A stretch of DNA of 64,000 nucleotides. It comes from Planctomycetota bacterium. GTDB taxonomy: Bacteria > Planctomycetota > UBA1135 > UBA2386. Location: the NCBI GenBank assembly GCA_947501605.1, contig CANMWZ010000020.1, positions 1-64,000 of the forward strand, given 5' to 3'. The first letter of the stretch is position 1. Every line of letters starts with the position of its first letter. Made by a program: the position numbers and the translations under genes. Shown here piece after piece: positions 18,852 to 28,730 of the stretch. The notes beneath the pieces are model-generated. The model did no database searches and was not told where the DNA came from. It worked only from the letters and a program-made list of their open reading frames with translations.

Positions 18852-20099
18852 TCAGCCGCCCGAGAGCTTCTCTTGCAGCTTGAAGATCGGGAGGAACACC
18901 GCCAACACGATGCCGCCGACGATCACACCCATCACGGCGATCATGATCGGCTCGATCATGGACGTGAGCCCCTTCACCTCGGACTCCACCTGTTGGTCGT
19001 AGAACTCGGCGATCTTCTCCAGCAGCGCATCGAGAGCACCGGAACGCTCGCCGATGCCCATCATCTTCACGACCATCGGTGGGAAGACGTCAGACTTTCC
19101 GAACGGCTCGGCCAGACTGTCGCCATTGCGCACGCTGTCGCGGGCGTTGTCGACGACCTTCGAGATCACGCCGTTGCCCGCCGTATCGGAGACGATCTCC
19201 ATGGCACCGAGAATCGGCACACCCGACTTGATCAAGGTCGAGAACGTGCGTGCGAAGCGCGAAAGCGCGACCTTCTTGAAGAGCGTGCCGAAGACTGGAA
19301 GCTTGAGGACCAGTGCGTCCTTGGCATACGAGCCCTTGGGCGTCTGGATCGCCATCTTGACCGCAATGAAGGTCGCTGCCATCCCGCCGAAGATGACATA
19401 CCAGTAGTCCTTCATGAAGAAGGCGATGTCCATGATGAAGACCGTCAGGGCCGGCAACTTCACTTCGAGAGACTCGAAGACAGGCTTGAACGATGGCACG
19501 ATGCCGATCATGAGGAAGCTGGCAATACCAAAGACAAGCACGAGCGAGATGACCGGGTATGTCATCGCCGACTTGATCTCTTGGCGAAGATGCGCAGAGG
19601 CTTCGAGGTAATCCGCAAGTCGCGTGAGAATCGTATCCAGTTGGCCGGAAACCTCGCCAGCGCGGATCATGCTGACGTAGATGTGAGAGAACACCCTCTT
19701 GTGTTGCTCCATCGAGCGCGAGAGGTCTGAGCCGGAACGGATGTCGTCGACGACGCGGCCGAGACAGAAGGCGAAGCCCGGTGACTCCGCCTGATCTGCG
19801 AGGATCTCGAGCGCCTCCAGCATCGGGATACCAGCCGACAGCATCGTCGAGAGCTGGCGCGTGAAGATCTCCAGTTCACCGCGCTTCGCCGAGGCCTTCT
19901 TGACGGCCGTGCGACTGGCCCGACCACCCTTCGCCTTCTTGCCACCGAAGAGCCCACCGCCGCTCTTCTTGATATCAATAGGCGTCAGATTGCGGCGGCG
20001 AAGGTCGGCGACCACATCGGTCTGAGATTCCGCGGAAATCGATCCGCGGACCGTCTGACCCGCGGCATCGCGAGCCTCGAACTTGAACGTGCTTCCCAT
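18852..20099 (-). CDS. pilC: Type IV pilus platform protein PilC (GspF family)
   Basis: FTRQLSTMLSAGIP, MIRAGEVSGQLD, IKSAMTYP, RFARTFSTLIKSGVP, IGERSGALD, MIEPIMI. Confidence 0.95.
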   Translation of the reverse strand: MGSTFKFEARDAAGQTVRGSISAESQTDVVADLRRRNLTPIDIKKSGGGLFGGKKAKGGRASRTAVKKASAKRGELEIFTRQLSTMLSAGIPMLEALEILADQAESPGFAFCLGRVVDDIRSGSDLSRSMEQHKRVFSHIYVSMIRAGEVSGQLDTILTRLADYLEASAHLRQEIKSAMTYPVISLVLVFGIASFLMIGIVPSFKPVFESLEVKLPALTVFIMDIAFFMKDYWYVIFGGMAATFIAVKMAIQTPKGSYAKDALVLKLPVFGTLFKKVALSRFARTFSTLIKSGVPILGAMEIVSDTAGNGVISKVVDNARDSVRNGDSLAEPFGKSDVFPPMVVKMMGIGERSGALDALLEKIAEFYDQQVESEVKGLTSMIEPIMIAVMGVIVGGIVLAVFLPIFKLQEKLSGG

Positions 20100-20176
20100 C
20101 TTCCCCTCGTGCTTCTTGCTGGTTCTGTTGTTTCTTGGTTTGTGCGAGCGCCCTCAAACGAGGGGGCTCTCACTCC

Positions 20177-21883
20177 TCAGTCGGCCATGGTGACCGACTC
20201 GACTTCTTCGAGGCTGGTCCTGCCACGACCTGCATTGAGCAGACCGCAACGGCGCAGCGTGAGCATGCCCTCTGAGAGAGCCTGCTTCTTGATGTCCGCC
20301 AGATGCGCGCGCTCGACCACCATGCGGCGAATCGGCTCGGTCATGCGCATGGTCTCCAGGATCGCAAAACGGCCCTTGTAGCCACCGGTGCACCGTGAGC
20401 AACCTACGGGGCCGTAGAGCTCCATCGGTTGGGAGATGTCCTTCTCGGTGTAGCCAAGCCGGACCAGAACATCCTTGGGAAGATCGAGCTTCTTCTTGCA
20501 GTGCGGGCACAACTTGCGCCCGAGTCGCTGCGCCGCGATGAGCAGCGTACTGCTTGCCACCATGAAAGGATCCATGCCCATGTCCACCATGCGGGTGATG
20601 GTCGACGGAGCGTCATTGGTGTGCAGCGTGCTGAGCACGAGGTGGCCCGTGAGAGCGGCCTTGACCGCAATCTCGAGAGTCTCCTGGTCGCGAATCTCGC
20701 CAAGGAGAACCACATCTGGGTCCTGACGCAGGATCGACCGTAGCGCCGCCGCGAACGTCAAACCGCCCTTCGGGTTGACCGGCACCTGGTTGATGCCTTC
20801 GATCGTGTATTCAACCGGATCTTCGACCGTCACGAGGTTGATGTCAGGAGACGCGATATGCCGGACCGCCGAGTACAGCGTGGTCGACTTACCAGACCCT
20901 GTCGGGCCGGTAACCAGTATCATTCCGTATGGCTGGGCACAGGCCCAGAGATAGTCTTCCATCGAGCGCTCCTCGAACCCGAGCGACTTGATGTCGAGGG
21001 CAAGGTTGCTCGAGTCGAGAATACGCATGACGGTCTTCTCGCCCCATACCACCGGTAGCACCGAGATACGGAAGTCGATCGCCTTGTTGCCGATGCGCAT
21101 CTGGCACTTGCCGTCTTGCGGCTTGCGCTTCTCGGCGATGTCCATCTTCGCCATGATCTTGATGCGCGAAGTGATGTTGTTCTGCATCCGCTTCGGAAGC
21201 TCCATCGCCTCGGACAGAGCGCCGTCTTTTCGATAGCGCACAATGACGCGCTTCTCGAATGGCTCGATGTGGATATCGCTCGCGCCCGCATTGCAGGCGT
21301 CGAGGATGATCTTGTTGACCAACTTGACGACCGGCGACTCCTCGTCGTTGATCGCCGACATGTCGGTCGATTCTTCGTCGCCACCCGTGTCCTTGAGCTC
21401 CAGGTCGCCATCATCGAAGGACTGCAGGATGTCGCCAACCGAGTCCTTGTCGGTTTGATAGGCACGCCCGAGGATTCGTTCGATCTCCTCGGCCGTGCTG
21501 ACCACGGGGCGCAGCTGACAACCGGTGATGATCCGGATGTCGTCGAGCTTGAGGATGTCGAACGGGTTCGCGATCGCGACCGTGATGATGTTGCCGATGC
21601 GATCGATCGGGAAGATGCCGTAGTCCTTGGCGACGTCGCGCGGCACGGCCTCGATGACTTCCTTGTTGACCGTCAGCTTGCCGAGATCGATCGGCGGGAT
21701 GTTCGCAGCCTTGGAGATCAGCGCGATGAGCTCCTGCTCTGTCGCGACACCCTTCTTGACCAGGATCTCCGTGAAGGGCCGCCGCTGCGAGGCGGCCTCG
21801 GCGAGCAGAGCCTCGCCGGTGGCTGCGTCGAGCTTGCCGACCTTCTCGAGAATCCCGCGGAGCTTTTTGCCGAACTGGTTCAT
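20177..21883 (-). CDS. pilB: Type IV pilus extension ATPase PilB (GspE family)
   Basis: ASDIHIEP, GPTGSGKSTT, TVEDPVEY, LRQDPDVVLLGEIRD, TGHLVLSTLHTND, CPHC..CSRC; ATG 21883 overlaps the pilT stop. Confidence 0.95.
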   Translation of the reverse strand: MNQFGKKLRGILEKVGKLDAATGEALLAEAASQRRPFTEILVKKGVATEQELIALISKAANIPPIDLGKLTVNKEVIEAVPRDVAKDYGIFPIDRIGNIITVAIANPFDILKLDDIRIITGCQLRPVVSTAEEIERILGRAYQTDKDSVGDILQSFDDGDLELKDTGGDEESTDMSAINDEESPVVKLVNKIILDACNAGASDIHIEPFEKRVIVRYRKDGALSEAMELPKRMQNNITSRIKIMAKMDIAEKRKPQDGKCQMRIGNKAIDFRISVLPVVWGEKTVMRILDSSNLALDIKSLGFEERSMEDYLWACAQPYGMILVTGPTGSGKSTTLYSAVRHIASPDINLVTVEDPVEYTIEGINQVPVNPKGGLTFAAALRSILRQDPDVVLLGEIRDQETLEIAVKAALTGHLVLSTLHTNDAPSTITRMVDMGMDPFMVASSTLLIAAQRLGRKLCPHCKKKLDLPKDVLVRLGYTEKDISQPMELYGPVGCSRCTGGYKGRFAILETMRMTEPIRRMVVERAHLADIKKQALSEGMLTLRRCGLLNAGRGRTSLEEVESVTMAD

Positions 21884-22980
21884 CGGAGCGGGCGGCGCGC
21901 GGCCGAGGCATTGTTGGCCGTACGCTCCATGAGGCGAGCGAAGTCGGCTTCGTCGTGGCAGTGCTCGATTGCGTGCTCGTAGCTGATCGCTCCAGAACGA
22001 TAGAGTTCGAACAGCGACTGGTTCATGGTGCGCATGCCGAGCGAGCCACCGGTCTGGATGATGGACATGATCTGGTGCGCCTTGTTGTCGCGGACCAGTG
22101 CACGAATCGCCGGGTTGCAGATCATGACTTCGGAGGCCAGCGCGCGACCCTTGCCCGTCACCTTCGGAATCAGCTGCTGACAAACAACAGCCTGCAGCGT
22201 GAACGAGAGCATCGTGCGGATCTGCTGTTGCTGGTGCGCTGGGAACACGTCGACGATGCGGTTGCAGGTCTGAGTCACGTCCGACGTGTGCAGCGTGGCA
22301 AACGTCAGGTGACCGGTCTCTGCGAGCGTCAGCGCGGCTTCGATGGTCTCGAGGTCGCGCATTTCGCCCACCAGGACGATGTCCGGATCCTGACGCAAGA
22401 CCGACTTCAAGGCCTTGCCGAAGCCGTGCGTATCACCACCAACCTCACGTTGATTGACCAGGCATCCCTTGTTGCGATGCAAGAACTCGATCGGGTCCTC
22501 GATCGTCACAATGTGGCTCTGGCGGGTCTCGTTGATGTAGTTCACCATCGAGGCCAGGGTCGTCGACTTGCCGGAGCCCGTCGAACCGGTGCAGAGGACC
22601 AGGCCTCGGGGCAGGTTGCACACCCACTCGCAGACCTTGCGTGGCAGACCAATCGTCTCGAAGTCAAAGACCTCGAATGGGATCACGCGCATGACCGCCG
22701 CCATCGTGCCGCGTTGCATGAACGCGTTGGTGCGGAAGCGGCCCATGTTGGTGACGCCAAAGGAGAAGTCGATCTCGAGGTTCTTCTCGAACTTCGCGAC
22801 CTGATCCGGACCGAGAACCGAGTAGATCAGCTTCTTCGCGATCTCGGGGGTGATCGCCTCGTAGTCCGTGTCCGTCATCGAGCCATCGATGCGGATCTTC
22901 GGAGGAGCGCCAACCGAGATATGCAAGTCCGAGCCACCGCGCTGCACCATCAGGGTGAGCAGTTCTTCCATCGAGACCAT
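21880..22980 (-). CDS. pilT: Type IV pilus retraction ATPase PilT
   Basis: GSDLHI, GSTGSGKSTTLA, TIEDPIEF, QREVG.DT, AETGHLTFATLHT, AIRALVRDNK (AIRNLIRE-like); GGAGG SD at 22994-22990. Confidence 0.95.
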   Translation of the reverse strand: MVSMEELLTLMVQRGGSDLHISVGAPPKIRIDGSMTDTDYEAITPEIAKKLIYSVLGPDQVAKFEKNLEIDFSFGVTNMGRFRTNAFMQRGTMAAVMRVIPFEVFDFETIGLPRKVCEWVCNLPRGLVLCTGSTGSGKSTTLASMVNYINETRQSHIVTIEDPIEFLHRNKGCLVNQREVGGDTHGFGKALKSVLRQDPDIVLVGEMRDLETIEAALTLAETGHLTFATLHTSDVTQTCNRIVDVFPAHQQQQIRTMLSFTLQAVVCQQLIPKVTGKGRALASEVMICNPAIRALVRDNKAHQIMSIIQTGGSLGMRTMNQSLFELYRSGAISYEHAIEHCHDEADFARLMERTANNASAARRPLR

Positions 22981-23164
22981 CGAATCAATCCTCCGTGTAG
23001 GGGTCCGGCGAGGACCCGACGAACCGCTATCGGCCGATGACGGCGGTCGGATTGAGCCGCGCTCGTGGCCTCGCTCGCTGTTCGCGCAATGCGACTTCCC
23101 TGACGATCCGATCACACTTGGCGAAAACGGGACCTGCAGCTACGTGCAAGCCGTGTGTGCCACG

Positions 23165-23190
23165 GACCAGACAGCGAGACCAGACAGCGA
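23165..23190. repeat. Perfect 13-bp tandem duplication (GACCAGACAGCGA x2) upstream of pilT
   Basis: Read directly: 23165-23177 equals 23178-23190. Confidence 0.85.
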
Positions 23191-23303
23191 GGATGAGGTC
23201 GAAGCGAGGGACTGGTCGCTGTTGCCAGGGCGCCGGCCGGCGGCCAGGAGGTGTCGAGAATTCCGACGACGGCGATGAGGCGATCGGAGCTCGGGTTCTC
23301 GTC

Positions 23304-23864
23304 TCAATTCGAGAGCGGCGCCTTGCCCATCGCCACCAGTGTGCGCAGCGACGACGCGACCCGAACATCGAGCCGTCGCAGCTCTGCCGTCGCCACGAAC
23401 ACCAGCCGCCCGCTTGCTGGGTTTGGAGTACCGGGCAGGTAGACCGTGGTTCGCTCAATGCCATCGACGACGCTCGTTCCTGTCACCAAGCCGAGCTGGT
23501 CGCCGCCTTCGCTCGCGACCAACACCACGCCCTGGAAGAACCGCTCGCGCGCCGTGTCGTAGCCGAGCACTTCCTTGAAGCTCTGGTACATGGCCCCCAC
23601 GAACGGAAGTCTCTCGGCTGTCCGATCGAGCATGCGCCAGAGCCATCGACCGAGAAACGTCGTCACGAGCAGCCCGACGAGGTAGACGCAGACGATGGCC
23701 AGCAGCAGACCGAGGCCAGGAAAGTAGAACGACTGACGCCGCAGGCTGTCCGAACTGAGCGCGCTCTCGAGCCACACGAAGGTGAGCGCCGCGCCGCCAA
23801 GCGGCAGCAGGGCGACAATGCCGGCGACGACGCACCGAGTGATGTGTTGGGTTGGCGAGCGCAT
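23304..23864 (-). CDS. DUF502 domain membrane protein
   Basis: AGIVALLP, PGLGLLL, ERLPFVGAMYQSFKEV, VYLPGTPNPASG. Confidence 0.85.
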   Translation of the reverse strand: MRSPTQHITRCVVAGIVALLPLGGAALTFVWLESALSSDSLRRQSFYFPGLGLLLAIVCVYLVGLLVTTFLGRWLWRMLDRTAERLPFVGAMYQSFKEVLGYDTARERFFQGVVLVASEGGDQLGLVTGTSVVDGIERTTVYLPGTPNPASGRLVFVATAELRRLDVRVASSLRTLVAMGKAPLSN

Positions 23865-24031
23865 TCGCAGCACGCTAACCGCACGCTCCTCAGCGCACCT
23901 GCGGACTCGCGGTCCCTTGGTTGACGCCGCCTCCGATCTTGCCCCTCGACCGTCGGGCGCAGAAGGCACTCGCGGTTGTCGATGCGCGCACATCCCTGGC
24001 GAACTCGAACGGCAGACGCCACCATGGGCAC

Positions 24032-24763
24032 GTGAATCTGCTGCTGCTCGAACCCGCCGAGATCGCCCCTGACGGCACGGTTTCCTTGCGCGACCGTCGC
24101 GCCGAACACCTGCGCTCCGTACTTCAAGCGACCAAGGGCCGCATCCTCGAAGCGGGTGTGCTGAACGGCCCCATCGGGCAGGCGGAGGTGCTGTCGGTCG
24201 ACGCTGAGTCGGTGACGCTTCGGGCCAACTGTCAGGATCCAGCGCCGATCGCTCGTGATGTCTTGCTGCTTGCCGTGCCGCGGCCAAAGGTCCTGCTACG
24301 CATGCTCGAGCTGGCCGCGTCCCTGGGTTTCTGCGAGATCGTCCTGTTCCGCAGTTGGCGTGTGGACAAGAGCCATCTCGGGAGCCAAGCGCTCGATCCC
24401 GCAGTCCAGGACTTGCACCTGCGACTTGGACTGGAGCAGGCGCGGCGCACGCAGTTGCCACGGATCAAGACGTTCCTGCTGTTCCGCCCCTTCGTGGAGG
24501 ACCACCTGCCGCACCTTGACCTTCCAGCACACCGGTTCTGCGCTCATCCGTTCGCCGCGGTTGCCACGCGCGATCTTGCGTTGACCGCCAACGCCCCGAT
24601 CGCACTGTGCATCGGCCCTGAGGGTGGGTTCCTGCCTTGGGAAGTCGATCAACTGGCCCGCAGCGGGCTTTTGCCGGTCCGTATGTCCCACCATCCACTG
24701 CGCACCGAAGCTGCGTTGGCAGCAATGCACGCCCAGTTGGACCTGATGCGCGATCGGCAGTAG
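24032..24763 (+). CDS. rsmE: 16S rRNA m3U1498 methyltransferase RsmE
   Basis: VNLLLL, LAVPRPK, RVDKS, GLEQA, IGPEGGF..WE, LRTEAA (SPOUT fold). Confidence 0.88.
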   Translation: MNLLLLEPAEIAPDGTVSLRDRRAEHLRSVLQATKGRILEAGVLNGPIGQAEVLSVDAESVTLRANCQDPAPIARDVLLLAVPRPKVLLRMLELAASLGFCEIVLFRSWRVDKSHLGSQALDPAVQDLHLRLGLEQARRTQLPRIKTFLLFRPFVEDHLPHLDLPAHRFCAHPFAAVATRDLALTANAPIALCIGPEGGFLPWEVDQLARSGLLPVRMSHHPLRTEAALAAMHAQLDLMRDRQ

Positions 24764-24806
24764 AATAACGCGCTGCCGCTTCGGGTGCGGCACCCTCACC
24801 AAGTCC

Positions 24807-25835
24807 GTGGCTCCACTCCGATTCGGTCTGTCCGGCTGCGGCAATCGCGGTACGGACGTAGTCCGAGCCGTGCGCTCTCATGCGCACTGCGAAGTCGCGG
24901 CCTTGCACGACCCCGATCCCGAGGCCCGCGCCCGACTCGGGGAGAACGCGGTGGTTCGCGCCCGATTCGGCGACTTTGAGGCCATGCTGCAAAGTGGAAT
25001 TGACTTCGTGGTGCTCGCCAATCCATGCGGCGACCGCCTTGGCCAAGTCGAGGCGGCAGCGGCGCAGGGTGTGTCCGTTCTGCTGCACGCACCAATGGCT
25101 CCGGACGCGGCAACGGCCAGTGCGATGGTCACGGCTGCCAACGCCGCCGGCGTGAAGATCGGAGTCGCCGTTCCGTTGCAGGCCGAACCGATGTTGGAGC
25201 AACTGCGCCGCATGATCGCCGACGACTGGCTCGGCACGCCTGTGGTCGTGCATGCCATGACGGCCTCCGACCGTGTGCTGCGCACGCCGCCGGCGCCGGG
25301 GCACTGGCAGCGCGATGTGCATCGCTCCGGCTCAGGTGCCCTGCCCAAGCTCGCGGCCGAGTCCGTACATCTCACGGTTTGGCTCACGGAACGCGCACCG
25401 ATGGCAACCGTGGCGCTCGCAGCGACCGGCTTCACCAGCCTGCCCGAGGATGGCGCCGTGGCCGCCCTGCGCCTGCGCGGGGGCGCCCTGTGCACGTTTG
25501 CGAGCAGCCATCTCTGCGCTGGCAGCAGCCTCGCGATCCACGGCACCGATGGCAGCGCCCACCTGATTCCCCAACAATCGTGGTTCTTGGGACGCAAGGT
25601 CTTCCGCGGCGACAGCTTCGACTACCAACAGGCTGGTGTCCTACAGATGGTGCCTCGCGATTTGCACGACGAGCCGCTGGCAGGCCACTTCGAACTGCAC
25701 GGCCGCTTCGCCCGCTGGCTCGACGATCGCGACGACTTCCCCTGCCCCGGGGATCAGGCTGCGCTCGACATGCTTGCCCTTGACGCCATGCAGCGGTCGA
25801 TTGCGAGTGGGCGTTCGGAGACGGTGCAACCGTGA
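24807..25835 (+). CDS. Gfo/Idh/MocA-family oxidoreductase-like protein with atypical catalytic motifs
   Basis: RFGLSGCGNRG Rossmann motif, DFEAML..IDFVVLANP, MIADDWLG; HAP in place of EKP. Confidence 0.75.
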   Translation: MAPLRFGLSGCGNRGTDVVRAVRSHAHCEVAALHDPDPEARARLGENAVVRARFGDFEAMLQSGIDFVVLANPCGDRLGQVEAAAAQGVSVLLHAPMAPDAATASAMVTAANAAGVKIGVAVPLQAEPMLEQLRRMIADDWLGTPVVVHAMTASDRVLRTPPAPGHWQRDVHRSGSGALPKLAAESVHLTVWLTERAPMATVALAATGFTSLPEDGAVAALRLRGGALCTFASSHLCAGSSLAIHGTDGSAHLIPQQSWFLGRKVFRGDSFDYQQAGVLQMVPRDLHDEPLAGHFELHGRFARWLDDRDDFPCPGDQAALDMLALDAMQRSIASGRSETVQP

Positions 25836-26560
25836 AGATCGCGCTCTACGTCACCTGCCTCGTCGACCAGCTCTGGCCCGAGGTCGGCACGGCGACCGTG
25901 CGCTTGCTGCGCCACGCCGGCTGCGAAGTTCAGTTCGATCTGAGTCAGACGTGCTGCGGCCAGCCAGCGTGCAATAGCGGCTACCCCGACCACGCCATCG
26001 CGCTGGCGCAGAACGTCATCACCAGCTTCGAACGCAGCGGCGCCGAGGCGCTGGTGCTGCCATCTGGCTCGTGCACTGCCCAGATCCGCCACTATCCGCA
26101 GCTATTCCTCCACGACGAGGCATGGCGCCAACGCGCGCTCGCGCTGTCGATGCGCACCTTCGAGCTCGGCTGGTTTCTCGTGCACCGGTGCAAGCTCGAC
26201 TCGGTTCCGGGTTCGTTCCGCGGCACCGTCGGCTGGCACGACTCATGCCACGGCCTGCGCGATCTCGGCAACAAGCACGAGGGTCCATCCTTGTTGCGCT
26301 TGGTGCCAGGCCTCGAACTCCGCGAGTTGGACAACGCCGAGGATTGCTGCGGCTTCGGTGGCACCTTTGCGGTCAAGCTGCCCGACCTGTCGGTCGCGAT
26401 TGCGGATCGCAAACTCGAAGGCATCGTGCGCGCCGGCGTCGATGCGGTGATCGGCTCCGACGTCAGTTGCCTGATGCACCTTCGCACCCGTCTGCTGCAC
26501 CAGCGCTCCAAGATCCGCGCACTGCATCTTGCCGAGGTCCTGGCAGGAGGCATGTCATGA
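25832..26560 (+). CDS. lutA: L-lactate utilization CCG-domain Fe-S protein LutA/LldE
   Basis: YVTCLVD, QTCCGQPA, PSGSC, HDSCH, CCGFGGTFAVK, SCLMH. Confidence 0.92.
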   Translation: MKIALYVTCLVDQLWPEVGTATVRLLRHAGCEVQFDLSQTCCGQPACNSGYPDHAIALAQNVITSFERSGAEALVLPSGSCTAQIRHYPQLFLHDEAWRQRALALSMRTFELGWFLVHRCKLDSVPGSFRGTVGWHDSCHGLRDLGNKHEGPSLLRLVPGLELRELDNAEDCCGFGGTFAVKLPDLSVAIADRKLEGIVRAGVDAVIGSDVSCLMHLRTRLLHQRSKIRALHLAEVLAGGMS

Positions 26561-27978
26561 GCGGCGATCACTTGCCGATGGAGCAGTTCGAGCGCAACGC
26601 CAACGCCGCACTCGCCGATCAGACGCAGCGCGCCGCGTTGCACTCAGCGACCCAGTTGTTCTCGCAGCGCCGACGCAACGCCCTGGCGCGCGCCGAGGGC
26701 TTCGAGGACTGGCGCAACCAAGCGCGGGCGATCAAGGACCACACGCTGCTCTACCTCGACCACTACCTGGCGGAGTTCGAGCGCAACGCCACCGCGCGAG
26801 GAACCGTCGTGCACTGGGCCGAGAGTGGCGAGGATGCCGCCCGCATCGTCATCGAGCTCGCCAACAAGCACGGCATCGATCGAGCCGTCAAGAGCAAGAG
26901 TATGACGACCGAGGAGATCGGTCTGAACAAGGCCCTCGAGCGGGCAGGCATCGGCGCGGTCGAGACCGACCTCGGCGAATGGATCATCCAACTGGCCGGC
27001 GAGGTGCCATTCCACATTGTGGTGCCCGCGATCCACAAGACGCGAGCTCAGGTTGGTGCCATCCTTCATGACGCAACCGGAGTCGACGCGAATGCGTCGG
27101 CCGCGGACCTTACGGCTTCGGCCCGCATGGCACTGCGCGCCGAGTTCGCCGCGGCGAACCTCGGGATCAGCGGCGCCAACTTCGCGATCGCGGAGACCGG
27201 CTCGTTCCTCATCCTGGAGAACGAGGGCAATGCCCGGTTGTGCACGACGCTCCCACGGGTGCACGTCGCCATCGTCGGCATCGAGAAGATGCTGCCTGCC
27301 GTCGCTGACCTGGCCGTCTTCCTTCGATTGCTGCCCCGCTCGGGCACGGGCCAGGACCTGACGACCTATCAGTCGCTGCTGACCGGCACGAAGAGCTCCG
27401 CCAACCGGGACGGACCGGACGAAGTGCACGTCGTACTGCTGGACAACGGTCGCTCGCACATGCTCGACCAAGCGGTGACGCGCCAGTCGCTCGCGTGCAT
27501 CCGTTGTGGCGCGTGCCTCAACGCCTGCCCGGTCTACCAGCAGGTCGGGGGACATGCCTATGGCTCCGTCTACCCGGGCCCCATCGGAGCGGTGATCACG
27601 CCGCAACTGCAGGACCTCGCCAAAGCCAGCAAGCTGCCGTTTGCCAGCACGCTGTGCGGGGCCTGCCGCGACGTCTGCCCGGTCAAGATCGACATCCCTG
27701 AGTTGCTGCTTCACCTGCGGGCCGAGGTCAAGCAAGGTCATCCCACCCGACCGGCTGCGGCCCCCAATCGTCTCGAGCGCATGGTGTTCTCGGCCTTTGC
27801 CTTTTGTATGCGCGACGCCCGTCGTTACGTGCTCGCAACGCGGCTGGCGCGGCTAGCCGATCGATACTTCGGCGCGCTGCTTCGCCGCCTGCCGCCGCTA
27901 TCGCGCTGGTGCCGCGGTCGAACGGCGCCGCGGCTCGCTCGGCGCCCCTTCCGCGACCTGTGGCAGGAACTGCGATGA
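26557..27978 (+). CDS. lutB: L-lactate utilization Fe-S protein LutB/LldF
   Basis: VKSKSMTTEEI, ETDLGEWIIQL, ENEGNARL, CIRCGACLNACPVY, YPGPIG, STLCGACRDVCPVKI; ATG 26557 overlaps the lutA stop. Confidence 0.95.
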   Translation: MSGDHLPMEQFERNANAALADQTQRAALHSATQLFSQRRRNALARAEGFEDWRNQARAIKDHTLLYLDHYLAEFERNATARGTVVHWAESGEDAARIVIELANKHGIDRAVKSKSMTTEEIGLNKALERAGIGAVETDLGEWIIQLAGEVPFHIVVPAIHKTRAQVGAILHDATGVDANASAADLTASARMALRAEFAAANLGISGANFAIAETGSFLILENEGNARLCTTLPRVHVAIVGIEKMLPAVADLAVFLRLLPRSGTGQDLTTYQSLLTGTKSSANRDGPDEVHVVLLDNGRSHMLDQAVTRQSLACIRCGACLNACPVYQQVGGHAYGSVYPGPIGAVITPQLQDLAKASKLPFASTLCGACRDVCPVKIDIPELLLHLRAEVKQGHPTRPAAAPNRLERMVFSAFAFCMRDARRYVLATRLARLADRYFGALLRRLPPLSRWCRGRTAPRLARRPFRDLWQELR

Positions 27979-28604
27979 ACGCGCGCGCTCGGATCCTGCG
28001 GCGTGTGCAGACGGCACTCGGCGACCGCCCGCTGCGGCCGCAACGACCATCCGCAGCGCGGCGAGAGCCACCGGCTGAGTTGCTGCCCGAGTTCGTGGAG
28101 CGCCTGCATGCGGTGCAGGGCGAATGGGCAAGGCTGCCGCCCGACTCGGACCCCCTCGACATCATCGCCACGCGCCTGAAGGTCGCCAACGCCAAGTGCG
28201 TCGCACTTGGCGGCGGGCTGCCGATGCAACGACTGGGGCGCGGCCTCGGCCTCCGCGGCTTCTCGCTGATACCGCCCGACGCCAGCACGGACGAAGTCGC
28301 CACCGCCGATGCGGGCGTGACCTTTGCCCAATGGGGCATCGCGGAGACCGGGACTGTGGTCCTCGACGAACGCTCCATGCGAGCGCGACGCGCATCCCTC
28401 CTGCCGCCGCTCCACATCGTGGTGTTGCCGCAGTCCTGTCTGCTGGCGACCTTGGACGACTTGCTGGCGCAGTTCGGTCCAGGTCACGCAGATCTGCCGT
28501 CTGCCCTGACGCTGATCACCGGGCCATCGCGCACGGCCGATATCGAACTCCAGCTCGTCGTCGGGGTCCACGGCCCGCGCGAGTTGCTGGTCGTGCTGGC
28601 CTGA
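27975..28604 (+). CDS. lutC: L-lactate utilization protein LutC/LldG (LUD domain)
   Basis: MNARARIL, GIAETGTVV, SLLPPLHI, ITGPSRTADIE..LVVGVHGP. Confidence 0.92.
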   Translation: MNARARILRRVQTALGDRPLRPQRPSAARREPPAELLPEFVERLHAVQGEWARLPPDSDPLDIIATRLKVANAKCVALGGGLPMQRLGRGLGLRGFSLIPPDASTDEVATADAGVTFAQWGIAETGTVVLDERSMRARRASLLPPLHIVVLPQSCLLATLDDLLAQFGPGHADLPSALTLITGPSRTADIELQLVVGVHGPRELLVVLA

Positions 28605-28730
28605 CCGCTCGGTCCGCCCCAAGATCGCCGCCACCCGCTCCCGTACTGCTGCCCTGGCGGAGTCTTTGGTTGCGAGGATCCGCAGTGCCTCGCGAAGATC
28701 TCCGCCGCCTCGACCGTCGATGCTCCCCCT

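Noticed and set aside
3..22980. comM and pil genes as a dedicated competence cluster
   Set aside because: They are 16 kb apart, on opposite strands, separated by unrelated genes, and no comEA, comEC or dprA is in the window.
20177..23115. Long overlaps or N-terminal extensions of pilB and pilT, and likewise lutB, cusC, attH and astE, suggesting frameshifts or fusions
   Set aside because: Each has a downstream start that overlaps the previous stop by 4 nt or has a good SD; the extensions are longest-ORF artefacts.
23145..23162. Sigma-54-like TGGCAC...TTGCA upstream of pilT (minus strand)
   Set aside because: GG-to-GC spacing is 12 nt instead of the strictly required 10.
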